A stretch of 64,000 bases of DNA from an uncultured Chlamydiales bacterium (GTDB lineage: Bacteria; Chlamydiota; Chlamydiia; Chlamydiales; JAAKFR01): NCBI GenBank assembly GCA_963699155.1, contig OY969414.1, forward strand, positions 1,899,757-1,963,756. Direction: 5' to 3'. The notes below the pieces were generated by a model that worked only from the letters and a program-made list of their open reading frames with translations, did no database searches and was not told the origin of the DNA. This document shows, piece after piece, positions 46,942 through 57,502 of this stretch. Position 1 is the stretch's first letter; each line of letters starts with the position of its first letter. Both the position numbers and the translations under genes were made by a program.

Positions 46942-49376
46942 TGAAACTTTATCGATGGTTAATTGCTTCTCTGGTTCTTGTGGGTGTCGCCTTCCTCTTG
47001 CTACAGACCACTATAGCTAAAGATTACCTCAAAAAAATCGTCGAAAAAGAGATGGAGGGAGCTTTACAGATCGGCAAAATCGAGGGGGTTCTCCCCTTTT
47101 GGACCACTCTCAGCGATCTGCACTTCAAGACGGAAACCACTGAGATTTTTATTGACCGCGCGACTTTCTCACTTTCGCCACTCACGCTCTTGAAGAAACA
47201 TCTTGCGATTCATCATCTGGAAATTGAAAAAGCTGTGATTCAGACCAGCGAAGGTGAGCAGCCCGCTCCCTTTCCCCACTTTTCCTTTCCCATCGAGCTG
47301 CACCATTTCTCGATCAACACTCTCACCTTACAAGAGAGCCCACCCATTCACCTTTCCGGCTCAGCCGCACTCTGCGACGACTTTACCCTACAGCTATTTT
47401 TGGAACATCCGGCGCTTCCCACATCCATTAAACTCGACATAACAGCTGATCCGACCGATGCAGTGATTCATCTCCTAGCCTACTGGAAAAGGCCCGAAGA
47501 GCAGCTTTTTGTGAAGGGCTCCTATCAATGGAATCTTCAGAGCTTCGCAGGAAGCTGGTATGGAGAAAAGGGAGAGCACCAAGCGGAGGGGCTTCTCGAA
47601 ATGAATCTGAAAACAAAAGAAGCGATGGCCTCCGGCTCACTTCTCGAGCGTCCTTTTCTCATCAAAGCCAACCTCTCCTCACCTGATAATCCTATCTCCT
47701 TTCGTTATGGCGACGATCAGTGGAAGGTGGAGGGTAGCTACCATCTCGACCAGAAACGACTCGCCTTTCATCTCCAAGCCCATTCGATCGAATGGGAGAA
47801 AATTTCGATTCCAGAGTTAGCAATGGAGGGCATCTATCAGAATGATCAACTTCAATTCTCTTTAGAGCTACCCGAGTTTCAAGTCCGTGATCCTGCCTAC
47901 GAGCTCTTTCCACGCATTAAACTCCATTTAGAAGGAGAAGCGTCCACCGAAAATGTGGCCCTCAATGGACTCATTGAAGGCCTGGGAAGCCAACCCTTTT
48001 CCCTGGAGTGTAAAATCCCTCTACAAACCTCCTTCAGCCCCTCATTTCATATCGAAGTGGATGAGGCGGAGCCTTTCTTCTTGAGAGTATGGGGAAAAGG
48101 GGCAATTGACCCTCTTCTCGCCTTTTTGGAAAACGCCTCCCTCATTGCACGCGGAAATGTCGACCTCGATCTTCAAGCAACCGGGAGCTGGAAATGTCCA
48201 CAGATCTCAGGTCATCTGATCTATGATCAAGGTCAGATCGAAAGTTTCACGACAGGAGCTCTCTTTCAAGATATCTCATTGCGGATGGAGGGCTGTGAAA
48301 ATCGGCTGCATATTCTCTCTCTTCATGCTAGGGATGTGCATCAAGGTGAGCTCACCGGGTCAGGAGAGTTGATCTGGGATCCTGAAAATCACTTTCCATT
48401 CTCAATCCATCTTTTAGCCAGCCGCTATCATTTTTTAGCTGTCGATCCATTCACAGTGACGGCTGATGCCGATGTGACGATTTCAGGAAATACGCAAGAA
48501 ATGGCTTTTCAGGGAGAGGCGGAGCTTCTTGAGGGTTTTTTTGCGATCCCTTCTGACCTTCCAGTCCAGGTTCCCACGATAGAGGTCCGCTATCTCAATC
48601 CCCTCAGCATTCCTGTTAGCGAGCCCCCGAACCCAAAACAGATCCCCATCCATTGGGACTTACGGATCCATGCCGACCGCAATCTCCACATCGATGGACG
48701 CGGCCTCGACTCGGAGTGGGGAGGCACACTTCACATCACCGGTGAACAGACCGATTTTCACTTTGATGGAAAACTCAAATTGGTCCATGGCCGTTTTGAC
48801 ATCCTCAATCGCACCTTTGAGCTAGTCCACGGCCGCATCTTGATCGGAGGTCTAGAAGCTCATGATCTCTTCGTCGATCTCAGAGGGGATGCGGAATTCC
48901 CTAACTTGACAGCTTCAATCCTCGTCACTGGCTTCTTAGATAGCGCTCGGATCTCTTTTTGCTCAAACCCACCGATGAATACCAATCAGATCCTCTCCTG
49001 GATCCTCTTCCAAGAAGATATCAATGAACTCACACCTTTGCAGGCCTGTCGACTCGCCTCAATGCTCGTGACTCTTTCGGGAAAATATTCTGGCCCTAGC
49101 ACCTTTGAGAAGATCAAAAGCAAACTGGGAATCGATGTCTTAAGCATCACCGATTATGATATCGATTCCTCCGATTTGACCTTTCAGGTTGGGAAATATC
49201 TCTCTCAAGGAACCTTTGTCGGCGTCAACAAGAGCATATCCGGAGATTTTGATTCGGTCCTTATCCAGACAAGGCTGATCAGACATTTCTACCTCGAAGC
49301 CGATTATGGAGGCTCTCTGAACGGTGTTACCCCCAATGGCGGAAAAGTCATTCTCAAATGGTATAAGACTTACTAA
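46941..49376 (+). CDS. tamB: Translocation and assembly module subunit TamB
   Basis: N-terminal anchor, C-terminal TamB domain (GRGLDSEWGG, VGKYL); coupled to tamA. Confidence 0.85.
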   Translation: MKLYRWLIASLVLVGVAFLLLQTTIAKDYLKKIVEKEMEGALQIGKIEGVLPFWTTLSDLHFKTETTEIFIDRATFSLSPLTLLKKHLAIHHLEIEKAVIQTSEGEQPAPFPHFSFPIELHHFSINTLTLQESPPIHLSGSAALCDDFTLQLFLEHPALPTSIKLDITADPTDAVIHLLAYWKRPEEQLFVKGSYQWNLQSFAGSWYGEKGEHQAEGLLEMNLKTKEAMASGSLLERPFLIKANLSSPDNPISFRYGDDQWKVEGSYHLDQKRLAFHLQAHSIEWEKISIPELAMEGIYQNDQLQFSLELPEFQVRDPAYELFPRIKLHLEGEASTENVALNGLIEGLGSQPFSLECKIPLQTSFSPSFHIEVDEAEPFFLRVWGKGAIDPLLAFLENASLIARGNVDLDLQATGSWKCPQISGHLIYDQGQIESFTTGALFQDISLRMEGCENRLHILSLHARDVHQGELTGSGELIWDPENHFPFSIHLLASRYHFLAVDPFTVTADADVTISGNTQEMAFQGEAELLEGFFAIPSDLPVQVPTIEVRYLNPLSIPVSEPPNPKQIPIHWDLRIHADRNLHIDGRGLDSEWGGTLHITGEQTDFHFDGKLKLVHGRFDILNRTFELVHGRILIGGLEAHDLFVDLRGDAEFPNLTASILVTGFLDSARISFCSNPPMNTNQILSWILFQEDINELTPLQACRLASMLVTLSGKYSGPSTFEKIKSKLGIDVLSITDYDIDSSDLTFQVGKYLSQGTFVGVNKSISGDFDSVLIQTRLIRHFYLEADYGGSLNGVTPNGGKVILKWYKTY

Positions 49377-51079
49377 ACTTTCAAAGTCAGTGCCAGACGC
49401 TCCCCAATCTTCGGTGAGAAGAAGCGTGTTTCCATATGACGGATGAAGTTTTCTACCCCAATCTCTTGAATGCGGGCCAATTTATCTGCCTTGAGCTCTT
49501 TCTGAGCAAATTCAGGAAGCGCTTTGAATTCCTCATTTTCGAAGGAGAGATCGGTTCTGAGATAAGCCAACAGCTGGTCTTTGATGATCAAACCCTCGTT
49601 GAAGCGGTCTGTGCCTAGTTCGTAGGCATTGTGGTGCATCAGGTAGGTCTTCACAAGTAGAGGATGTTCTGAGACCTCAAAATGGCTTAACATCGAGTCG
49701 ATGACCGATTGATGGGTCGACTCCATCAAGTGTCGACTATGGTTGGGGCCATCTGGCTCGAGATTGACCATGATCGGCACCCGGACAAATTCACGGATCT
49801 GGGCCTTCGTCTCTTTGGGTATCACGGATGTATCGCCAGCGAAAAAGATCGCGCCATGATCACCATGGCGCCGCATCGCCCAACTACAAAAGAGGTGATT
49901 ATGGGCATCAGTGAGGCCACGATTTGACCAGTGGCAAGCAGCCAACGCATAAAAGCTGAATTTCTCTCTCCCCAATTGTACCTCCGTTTCGGTCCACCAA
50001 TGATGGCCGACAAAATGGGTGAAGCCCAAATCTCTGATGAAGTTTTCTATTTGAGGAGGTCCAAAAATGTAAGGATCGTCGGGTAGGAAATGAGTGATGG
50101 AGTCGACATCGAGATGATCGCGATGAGCATGGCTGATCAGAATGAGATGAATTCTCGGGAGTTGGTGTGGCATCAATCCCGGCCGTGTTTTTCGTCGATA
50201 GAAGATAGGGTCTAGATTGCCAAATGTGGGATCGGTGAGCACATTGATTCCCCCCAACTGAATCAGGAGGGTCGCATGGCCAATGTTGTGCAGGCTAGGC
50301 TCCGACGAGGCGATGAGAGGAGGGTCCAATTGATAGATATCAGCATCGGTCTCTCCTCGGCTGAAATAGAGAAAAGCGTGGTTGAAAGTGATCCCACGAC
50401 CTAACCGTTTCCCTTGGGTTTCAAGGCCGATTCTTGCAGCCTCCCAGCCATGGTTCTCCTCCTCTTCTTTATAATAGAAGCGACCCCCCTTTTTATAGAC
50501 CGGTTGCGCATAACCTGGTGGGAATCTTCGCTCACTGCGGACCACTTCCACCTTTTCAGCAACGAATCCAAAAAGTGAGGGGATCTCGTCTTCTGCTGTC
50601 TGATCCATGTGACGGGGTAGAGAAGAGGTTTCTCGGTAGCTAGCCAGTTTGACTGCAAGGAATTTGAGATGTGGGGCATTTTTATCCCCCGATTGGTTCA
50701 ATCGGTTAACACTGGCCTCCAGAGCATCAGCTAAATCTCCCTCTTCTGGTTCAGATCGGGTCAATTGACGCAGAACTCCTATTTTCTCAATTTTGGGATT
50801 CACCACATCGCTCCAATCCACCACAAATTGTCTAGGATCAGCATAAGGATTGTCGATCAGGAGTTGGAGATTAGCTTCCGCCAGCTCTTCGCTGGTTTTA
50901 GCCGATTCGATCACTTCACGTACGAGTGCGGGGATCGACCAGAGAATCAGCGCTCCCCCTCCAGCTAATGCAGAGCCTCCGATCCAAATGACCTTTTCAA
51001 AGGTGTATATGGAGGGAAGGCGGTTGAGAAAAAAGGAGACCGCAAAAAGAACTCCCCCTAAGGCTAAAATTGCCCCCAC
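49373..51079 (-). CDS. MBL-fold metallohydrolase (NAPE-PLD/RomA-like) with N-terminal TM hairpin
   Basis: IGHATLLIQ..VLTDP, SHAHRDHLD, HWSNRG, FFAGDT. Confidence 0.8.
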   Translation of the reverse strand: MGAILALGGVLFAVSFFLNRLPSIYTFEKVIWIGGSALAGGGALILWSIPALVREVIESAKTSEELAEANLQLLIDNPYADPRQFVVDWSDVVNPKIEKIGVLRQLTRSEPEEGDLADALEASVNRLNQSGDKNAPHLKFLAVKLASYRETSSLPRHMDQTAEDEIPSLFGFVAEKVEVVRSERRFPPGYAQPVYKKGGRFYYKEEEENHGWEAARIGLETQGKRLGRGITFNHAFLYFSRGETDADIYQLDPPLIASSEPSLHNIGHATLLIQLGGINVLTDPTFGNLDPIFYRRKTRPGLMPHQLPRIHLILISHAHRDHLDVDSITHFLPDDPYIFGPPQIENFIRDLGFTHFVGHHWWTETEVQLGREKFSFYALAACHWSNRGLTDAHNHLFCSWAMRRHGDHGAIFFAGDTSVIPKETKAQIREFVRVPIMVNLEPDGPNHSRHLMESTHQSVIDSMLSHFEVSEHPLLVKTYLMHHNAYELGTDRFNEGLIIKDQLLAYLRTDLSFENEEFKALPEFAQKELKADKLARIQEIGVENFIRHMETRFFSPKIGERLALTLKV

Positions 51080-51237
51080 GGCACAGGTGATCTTGCCCCC
51101 TGTTTTTTCGGCTCGAATCGCCCTGCATTAGTAGCCTCTAAATTTTTATTAACAGAGGAAGCTGACATAAACCACTTTATTTAAAATATTTTCATCTATT
51201 ATAATCTATTTATATTAATTTTTATTAAAGCGACCAT

Positions 51238-52143
51238 ATGGCTATCATCCATTATTACGCGACACCGACCAAAAACCCTGTCCAGCTTCTCTGGGAAGAC
51301 TATGGCTACAAAGCGATGGCTAAGTATATCTTAGAAAATTATGAAATCGTCTCTGCCTGGGTTAGTAGTCACCACCAGAAGCTACCAAACAGTCTCAAAC
51401 TCTGCCGAGTCATTTTACTTGGGGAATCTCATTCTGAAGATCTAGATCGCTTCCTGAATGGGGTTGTGGCCGGTTTCTTTTGTCAACAAAAGTCGGTCGT
51501 TCTCGTGCATGAAGGAATTAAAGATTTCCAGCTAAAATATATTGCGCCAGAACTTGGTCTTACAAGGCTCTCTTGGGATTGGGCAACTGCACCCTTTACC
51601 TACCCCATCACCACTGCCTATCAAGTTGCGAAAGCTGAAAATGCAAGCCTCTTCGAGGAGTGCCAGAAACTGCTCGCGATTGATGACTTTCCACTCTTCG
51701 CAGAATCTCTACTCACGAGCAGTTTTGCCTCTCTTGCTGATGAATGTTATGGAGCGCTGGACGAATGGAAAGAGGCGCTTCTGGACCATCTGATCAGCCG
51801 CTTTACGCAGCAAATAGAAGCATCAGATAAGATCGAAGAGGAACTTAACTGCTGGCGTGAAAAACACTTTATCGAAACGGTGGCAGAACAGCTGGCAGAG
51901 GGGCGGACAGTGATTACCTTTTCAGGGGGTGCTCATAATTGGAAGATCAGTCGAATGACCGACTATCTCGCAAGAAACCAGATTCCCCACCTCTCATTGA
52001 TTTCGAAAACTACTCACCCTAAACTGGAAAAAGTGATGGAAAAGACCAGTTTCAGACTGGAAATGAAAGAGACCCGCCATAGGCTCGCTCAATTGCTACA
52101 GCTTAGAGCAGAGCGGGATCTTGCCAACGCCCCTGCTTCTTGA
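51238..52143 (+). CDS. Hypothetical protein, possibly EreA/ChaN/TIKI-fold
   Basis: VILLGESH...HEG...R..HF...GGAH motif spacing. Confidence 0.55.
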   Translation: MAIIHYYATPTKNPVQLLWEDYGYKAMAKYILENYEIVSAWVSSHHQKLPNSLKLCRVILLGESHSEDLDRFLNGVVAGFFCQQKSVVLVHEGIKDFQLKYIAPELGLTRLSWDWATAPFTYPITTAYQVAKAENASLFEECQKLLAIDDFPLFAESLLTSSFASLADECYGALDEWKEALLDHLISRFTQQIEASDKIEEELNCWREKHFIETVAEQLAEGRTVITFSGGAHNWKISRMTDYLARNQIPHLSLISKTTHPKLEKVMEKTSFRLEMKETRHRLAQLLQLRAERDLANAPAS

Positions 52144-53860
52144 TGAGAGCGATCAACCGCTCATCCGCCTCATCCATCGGGATATTCTTTTCGACCCGCT
52201 CTTTACCGATGTAGAGATCGATTTTACCTGGAAGCGAGCCGACATAGCCAAAATCGGCATCGGCCATCTCCCCAGGTCCATTGACGATGCAGCCCATGAT
52301 GGCGATTTTCACTCCCGGCAGGTGGGCCGTCTTTTGGCGAATCTTGGCCGCCACAGACTGGAGATCGAAGAGGGTGCGGCCACAGCCAGGGCATGAAATA
52401 AATTCGGTCTTGGAAGCGCGCATGCGCGACCCTTGCAGAATGGCAAAGCCGAGCGAGCGTCTCATGGCGAGTGGGACCTGGGCTTGGATACAAACGCCCT
52501 CGCCCAATCCGTCGCAGAGAAGAGATCCCATCTCAGCTGCCGCATGGATCGTTAAATCTTCTTGTGAAAGGGCGTAGGTAAAGTCTAACACGACTGGAGT
52601 CTCAATTTTTTTGCTCTGAAGCCACTCAAAAAAGCGGCGCGCCTGGTTCACAGGATTCTCTGTGGGCGCAAAAAGGATGAAAGGTGGCTGATCTTGGGCG
52701 ATTGCTTCCCAACTCTCACTCTTTTCTGAGACCAGATAGGGCTTTGTGATCACCCCGATTCCTGCTGCACGCAGTTTTGCTAGCTTGGGATGGTCACTCT
52801 CAGAGATCACCAGATCGACTGCGCCGGCCTCTTTTTTAGGGCGGCCTAGCTCCAAGCTGCAGCCCAGGTCGGCAAAAAAGCTAGCGCTTTCGATCTCTTC
52901 ACTATTTACACGCACAGCGACAGTGCCATCACGATGGAGCGGCTCAGAAACTGCCACCTTTCTACGCTTCAAATGGCAAGAAATCCTCTCTTTTTCCTGA
53001 TAACTCTTTCCAAAATTGACCAGCCGCTGACAGGGATCGATCTCCTGCCAGGGATCTTCGGTCAAGGAGACCCGGATCGTGTCCCCAAGCCCGTCAAGGA
53101 GGAGCGAACCGATCCCGATAGCCGATTTGACTCTCCCATCCTCGCCCTCACCGGCCTCAGTCACTCCCAAATGGAGGGGATAATCCCACCCCAGCCGCTC
53201 CATTTCAGAGGTCAAGAGGCGGTAAGCTTCGATCATCACCTGAGTATTGCTCGCCTTCATGGAAAAGATGATGTCATGGTAATCGAGCTTGCGGCAAACC
53301 CGGGTAAATTCGAAGGCCGATTCGACCATGCCCCGAGGAGTGTCCCCGTAGCGATTCATGATCCTGTCAGAGAGAGAACCATGATTGGTCCCGATGCGCA
53401 GCGCTCTCTTCAACCGTTTACACTTCTCTACGAGCGGGGTAAATTTTTCCTCAAGTCTTGACAGTTCTTCAGCATAGCTTGCGTCATCGTAAACGATCGT
53501 TTGAAAAGAGGCTCTCTTATCGACAAAGTTACCCGGATTGATTCTCACCTTGTCGGCAAATTCGGCAACAAGCAGAGCTGCAGGGGGATAAAAATGGATA
53601 TCGGCGACGATCGGGATCGAATATCCCCGTTTCAGGAGGGCGTTCTTAATCCCCTCGCACGCCTCGGCCTCTTTTTTTCCCTGGACGGTGATACGGGCAA
53701 TTTCGCAACCGGCATCGGCTAACCGAATGATCTGAGCCACAGTGACTTCCACATCACGCGTATCGGAAGTAGTCATCGATTGGATGCGCACTGGATGATT
53801 TCCCCCCACACAGACGCCTCCCACCCATACTTCTCGCGCCCTTCGCCGCTCTCTCTTCAT
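52103..53860 (-). CDS. ispG: (E)-4-hydroxy-3-methylbut-2-enyl-diphosphate synthase, long form
   Basis: IQSMT, RINPGN, HLGVTEAG, SCPGCGRT, GCIVNGPGE. AGGAG RBS before ATG at 53860. Confidence 0.96.
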   Translation of the reverse strand: MKRERRRAREVWVGGVCVGGNHPVRIQSMTTSDTRDVEVTVAQIIRLADAGCEIARITVQGKKEAEACEGIKNALLKRGYSIPIVADIHFYPPAALLVAEFADKVRINPGNFVDKRASFQTIVYDDASYAEELSRLEEKFTPLVEKCKRLKRALRIGTNHGSLSDRIMNRYGDTPRGMVESAFEFTRVCRKLDYHDIIFSMKASNTQVMIEAYRLLTSEMERLGWDYPLHLGVTEAGEGEDGRVKSAIGIGSLLLDGLGDTIRVSLTEDPWQEIDPCQRLVNFGKSYQEKERISCHLKRRKVAVSEPLHRDGTVAVRVNSEEIESASFFADLGCSLELGRPKKEAGAVDLVISESDHPKLAKLRAAGIGVITKPYLVSEKSESWEAIAQDQPPFILFAPTENPVNQARRFFEWLQSKKIETPVVLDFTYALSQEDLTIHAAAEMGSLLCDGLGEGVCIQAQVPLAMRRSLGFAILQGSRMRASKTEFISCPGCGRTLFDLQSVAAKIRQKTAHLPGVKIAIMGCIVNGPGEMADADFGYVGSLPGKIDLYIGKERVEKNIPMDEADERLIALIKKQGRWQDPALL

Positions 53861-53925
53861 AAGATCTCCTAAAAAATTCATTTGACACTCAGCTAATCAA
53901 CTAAGGATAATTCAAGAGGGGGAAA

Positions 53926-54411
53926 ATGGCCACCTATACCTTTTCAGAAACAATTGATTTTTTCAGCGAGAAGCTGAAGGCGGAAGCTCCAGAAGAGGAT
54001 ATCACCCACAAAAAGGTGGAGCTTGTGATCGATGAATTTCATCTTTTAGTCATGCAAGGTCGATGGGAAGGGAGCCTGCATCTCAAAATGGTCCTCGGAC
54101 TGATGTTACAGCCGCTCCGAGAGCAGAGATTAAAAGAGCTCGCCTGCAGCAATTTTCTTGGCGTCAATACTGGCGGATGCCATCTCGCTTTCGATGCGGC
54201 AGGCGTCACTCTCAGCCTCCATTGCCACACCACTGCTGGAACTTCGCCACAAGAAAATTGGGAATGGCTCCACCGCATTGTCAGCGTGGCCCGGGAGTGG
54301 AATAAGGTACTGGCTCTATGGGACGAATTTGTCTCTTTAACGACCCCAAAAAAGGAGAGGGAAGATGAACGGCGGAGCGATCCCCCCTTCCGGAAAAACA
54401 TCCGAGGGTAG
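53926..54411 (+). CDS. Putative CesT/Tir-family type III secretion chaperone
   Basis: Small alpha/beta protein with L...NFLG..TGG.HLA.D motif and C-terminal amphipathic helix. Confidence 0.65.
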   Translation: MATYTFSETIDFFSEKLKAEAPEEDITHKKVELVIDEFHLLVMQGRWEGSLHLKMVLGLMLQPLREQRLKELACSNFLGVNTGGCHLAFDAAGVTLSLHCHTTAGTSPQENWEWLHRIVSVAREWNKVLALWDEFVSLTTPKKEREDERRSDPPFRKNIRG

Positions 54412-54566
54412 AGCCTTTCCCCCCGAAGTGAAAGCCAACTCACCCCTAGCACAGCAGCTTTCAAGCGAAGGGCCACAGCTCAACCTTGCGATTGCGCACT
54501 ATTCTCTCTTCGTTTGGTTGATCCCCACTGAATTTTCGCTGGGGCGATTCAGCCGGAGGGCAAGCC

Positions 54567-55028
54567 ATGACCCCTTTTGAGACCTTTTTGACACAGTTAG
54601 CCCCTCTATTGCAATTCCCCTCACTCTCCCCTGATGCCAAGGGAGCCTGTTTGATCATCATGAAAGAGGGAAATGTGCTGCTTCTCTTTGAATTTGATGA
54701 ACAGCTTGTGCCCAATACGGTTCTTCTCTCCTCACTTCTCTGCTCCATTCCTCAGGAGCGCCGAGCGGAGGTCTATGAAGCGCTTCTGATCGGAAATCAA
54801 ACGATCGAAGAGACCCTCTCCGCCAAACCCGATGAGGACTTACTCTATCTACATCAACGCTTTCATCCTGCCATTGAAGCCGCTGCTTTGGAAAAAGAGC
54901 TCTCTCATTTTTTAGAACAGGAGAGGGTTTGGAGAGAGAAAATTGCGATCATCTCAGCTTCCCCCCCGCGTCTCGAGCGTATCCTTCCCCACCCCTCTTC
55001 GATCCAAGTCTTTCCTTATAAGGCATAA
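54567..55028 (+). CDS. Putative CesT-family type III secretion chaperone
   Basis: FE..L..L.....L.PD..GAC.I and YEALLIGN motifs; acidic, 153 aa. Confidence 0.65.
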   Translation: MTPFETFLTQLAPLLQFPSLSPDAKGACLIIMKEGNVLLLFEFDEQLVPNTVLLSSLLCSIPQERRAEVYEALLIGNQTIEETLSAKPDEDLLYLHQRFHPAIEAAALEKELSHFLEQERVWREKIAIISASPPRLERILPHPSSIQVFPYKA

Positions 55029-55046
55029 TCTACTATCGTTCGGACT

Positions 55047-55844
55047 ATGAGCTTCTACTGGAATCAGCTGTATAAAGCCTTTGCTGGCGTCGGGTTTTGG
55101 GCCCTCTTCATGGGACAAACCATTTCGGCAACAGTGCGCCGTCCACCCTCCTGGAGCTTGCTGCTCGATCAATTTTATCAGATCGGTGTGCTCTCGATTC
55201 CAGTGGTCGCGATTACAGGTTTTTCGACGGGCCTTGTGCTGGCAGCTCAATCGTTTTACCAACTTTCCGATAAGGGATTGGCCAGCGCTACAGGCCTCTT
55301 GGTCGGCAAGAGCATGCTGACAGAGATCGGCCCCGTTCTCACAGCCTTTATGGTGACAGGACGCGTCGGCGCTTCGATGACTGCAGTTCTAGGCAGCATG
55401 CGGGTGACCGAGCAGATAGATGCACTGAGGTCAATGGCTGTCAGTCCACTCAGATATCTCATCGCTCCAAGGGTGATCGGAGGCATCGTGATGCTTCCGC
55501 TTTTGACAATCTTCAGCGCGATGATGGGGATTTATGGCGGATATCTGATTTCTACTACAGTGTTTGGCATGACCAAACAGGGCTATTTCGACCCAATGCC
55601 CGGCGCCCTCGCCTCTTTCGATATCTGGACGGGCATCATCAAAGCCACTGTTTTTGGCTTTTTGATCAGTACGATCGCCTGCTACAAGGGGATGACGACC
55701 CGCGGTGGAGCTGCCGGGGTTGGGAAAGCAACTACAAACAGTGTCGTCATCTGTTATATCTATATTTTGATCATCAATTTTATATTGACTGTCGGTCTCA
55801 ATGTTTTGCATATTCTTTTTGTTGAAAGAGTTGAGAGCTATTAA
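55047..55844 (+). CDS. mlaE: Mla ABC transporter permease
   Basis: EIGPVLTA..VTGRVGA, MRVTEQIDAL, GVGKATT. Confidence 0.92.
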   Translation: MSFYWNQLYKAFAGVGFWALFMGQTISATVRRPPSWSLLLDQFYQIGVLSIPVVAITGFSTGLVLAAQSFYQLSDKGLASATGLLVGKSMLTEIGPVLTAFMVTGRVGASMTAVLGSMRVTEQIDALRSMAVSPLRYLIAPRVIGGIVMLPLLTIFSAMMGIYGGYLISTTVFGMTKQGYFDPMPGALASFDIWTGIIKATVFGFLISTIACYKGMTTRGGAAGVGKATTNSVVICYIYILIINFILTVGLNVLHILFVERVESY

Positions 55845-56591
55845 GTGATTCGGGTTAAAAATCTCTATAAGAGCTATGGGGGCAAGCAGGTCTTGAAGGG
55901 TTTGAATCTCGAGATTCAGACGGGTGAGACAGTGGTCATTCTTGGCCGCTCTGGCACAGGAAAGAGCGTCTTGCTTCGCCAGATCCTGGGCATTGAAAAA
56001 CCAGATGCGGGTGAAATTTACCTAGACGATATCTGTCTCACTGCTTTGAAAGAGACGCAGCTTTACCAGATACTCAGGGAAATGGGGATGCTCTTTCAGG
56101 CATCGGCTCTCTTCGACTCGATGACTGTTGGGGAAAATACTGCTTTTTATTTGAAGCAGCATAATCATATGTCTTCCAAAGAGATCGCTGAACGGGTGGC
56201 TGGCGCCTTGAAAATGGTCGGCTTAGAAGGAACAGAGGAGCTGATGCCCTCTGATCTTTCTGGAGGGATGCGCAAAAGAGCAGCGCTGGCACGGCTGATC
56301 GTCTACCGTCCCCAAGTTCTCCTCTATGACGAGCCCACGACCGGGCTAGACCCGATTACAGCGATGCAAATCAACGATCTTATTTTGGCGACACAAAAGC
56401 AGCTTAATGCCACAAGCATCGTTGTGACCCACGATCTCTGTTCCGCTTTCCATGTGGGCGATCGGATTGCCTTGAATCACGAAGGGCAGATCCGGTATAT
56501 CACCACAAAAGAGGAATTCGTGAAAATTGATGATCCTATCGTTCAAACTTTTTTAAAGAACTCCATGCCCAATGGGTTTATTCATGATTGA
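55845..56591 (+). CDS. mlaF: Mla ABC transporter ATPase
   Basis: GRSGTGKS, LSGGMRKR, DEPTTGLDP. Confidence 0.92.
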   Translation: MIRVKNLYKSYGGKQVLKGLNLEIQTGETVVILGRSGTGKSVLLRQILGIEKPDAGEIYLDDICLTALKETQLYQILREMGMLFQASALFDSMTVGENTAFYLKQHNHMSSKEIAERVAGALKMVGLEGTEELMPSDLSGGMRKRAALARLIVYRPQVLLYDEPTTGLDPITAMQINDLILATQKQLNATSIVVTHDLCSAFHVGDRIALNHEGQIRYITTKEEFVKIDDPIVQTFLKNSMPNGFIHD

Positions 56592-56626
56592 CGCATTGGG
56601 AACATTTTGGTTAGGGGGCTTCATTC

Positions 56627-57499
56627 ATGTCTGACATGATGAAAGCGTTTTGGCTCGGGGTTTTCATTTTAGTGGCGCTTTTGATCGTCATCGGTCTCGT
56701 TCTTTTTATTAAACCTAGTGTCGGCGATGCCAAAACCAAACTCACCGTCCGCTTTTCCAATATCGATAGGGTGACGAAAGGAACCCGGGTCACTTTCGCA
56801 GGAAAGCCGGTGGGAGAAGTACTCGAGATTCGTCAGGTACCCGATCCAAGGCAAGCTGCTTCCGATGCCTCTGGAAATCTCTTTATTTACGAACTGATAC
56901 TCAGAGTCGATTCTTCAGTCAAAGTCTACAGCTATGACGAGATCGTTTTTGCCACCTCAGGTTTGATGGGTGAAAAATCGATCTCTATTATCCCCAAGGC
57001 ACCACCTCATGGTGCTTTCCCTGCCCAAAATGTGACTGACGAGATCCTCTATGCGCAGTCAACCGATAAGTTTGAGCAGACCTTAACCAAAATCACAGGT
57101 GTGGCCGAAACATTTGGAGATACTCTGGTGGAAGTGGGGCTCTTTGTTCAAAATAACAATGAAGAGTTGAAGAGAGCCCTGACAACCATTGCCGATGCTT
57201 CCAGTGAGCTCCACCAATTTTTTAATCAGATGAATGAAAAGGACTTTGTGGAAAGTTTCACCAACGCTTCGGAGGCAATCGTCGCTTCGATGGCACAGGT
57301 GGAAGACTTTTTTGCCTTGGTCCAGACAGGAGAGGGAACTCTTGGGCGACTTTTGAACAGCGACTCACTCTATGTCCAGCTCCATACGACACTCTGCCAA
57401 GTGAGAGCCGTCCTTGCCGATATCCAAAATTATGGTCTACTCTATCAATTTGACCGCAAATGGCAGCGTATGCATGATGCCGAAAGAAGCTGCTATTAG
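56627..57499 (+). CDS. mlaD: MlaD/MCE-family protein
   Basis: N-terminal TM, MCE domain (GT.V.FAG.PVGEV, SGLMGEK), GEGTLGRLL. Confidence 0.88.
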   Translation: MSDMMKAFWLGVFILVALLIVIGLVLFIKPSVGDAKTKLTVRFSNIDRVTKGTRVTFAGKPVGEVLEIRQVPDPRQAASDASGNLFIYELILRVDSSVKVYSYDEIVFATSGLMGEKSISIIPKAPPHGAFPAQNVTDEILYAQSTDKFEQTLTKITGVAETFGDTLVEVGLFVQNNNEELKRALTTIADASSELHQFFNQMNEKDFVESFTNASEAIVASMAQVEDFFALVQTGEGTLGRLLNSDSLYVQLHTTLCQVRAVLADIQNYGLLYQFDRKWQRMHDAERSCY

Positions 57500-57502
57500 T
57501 AT

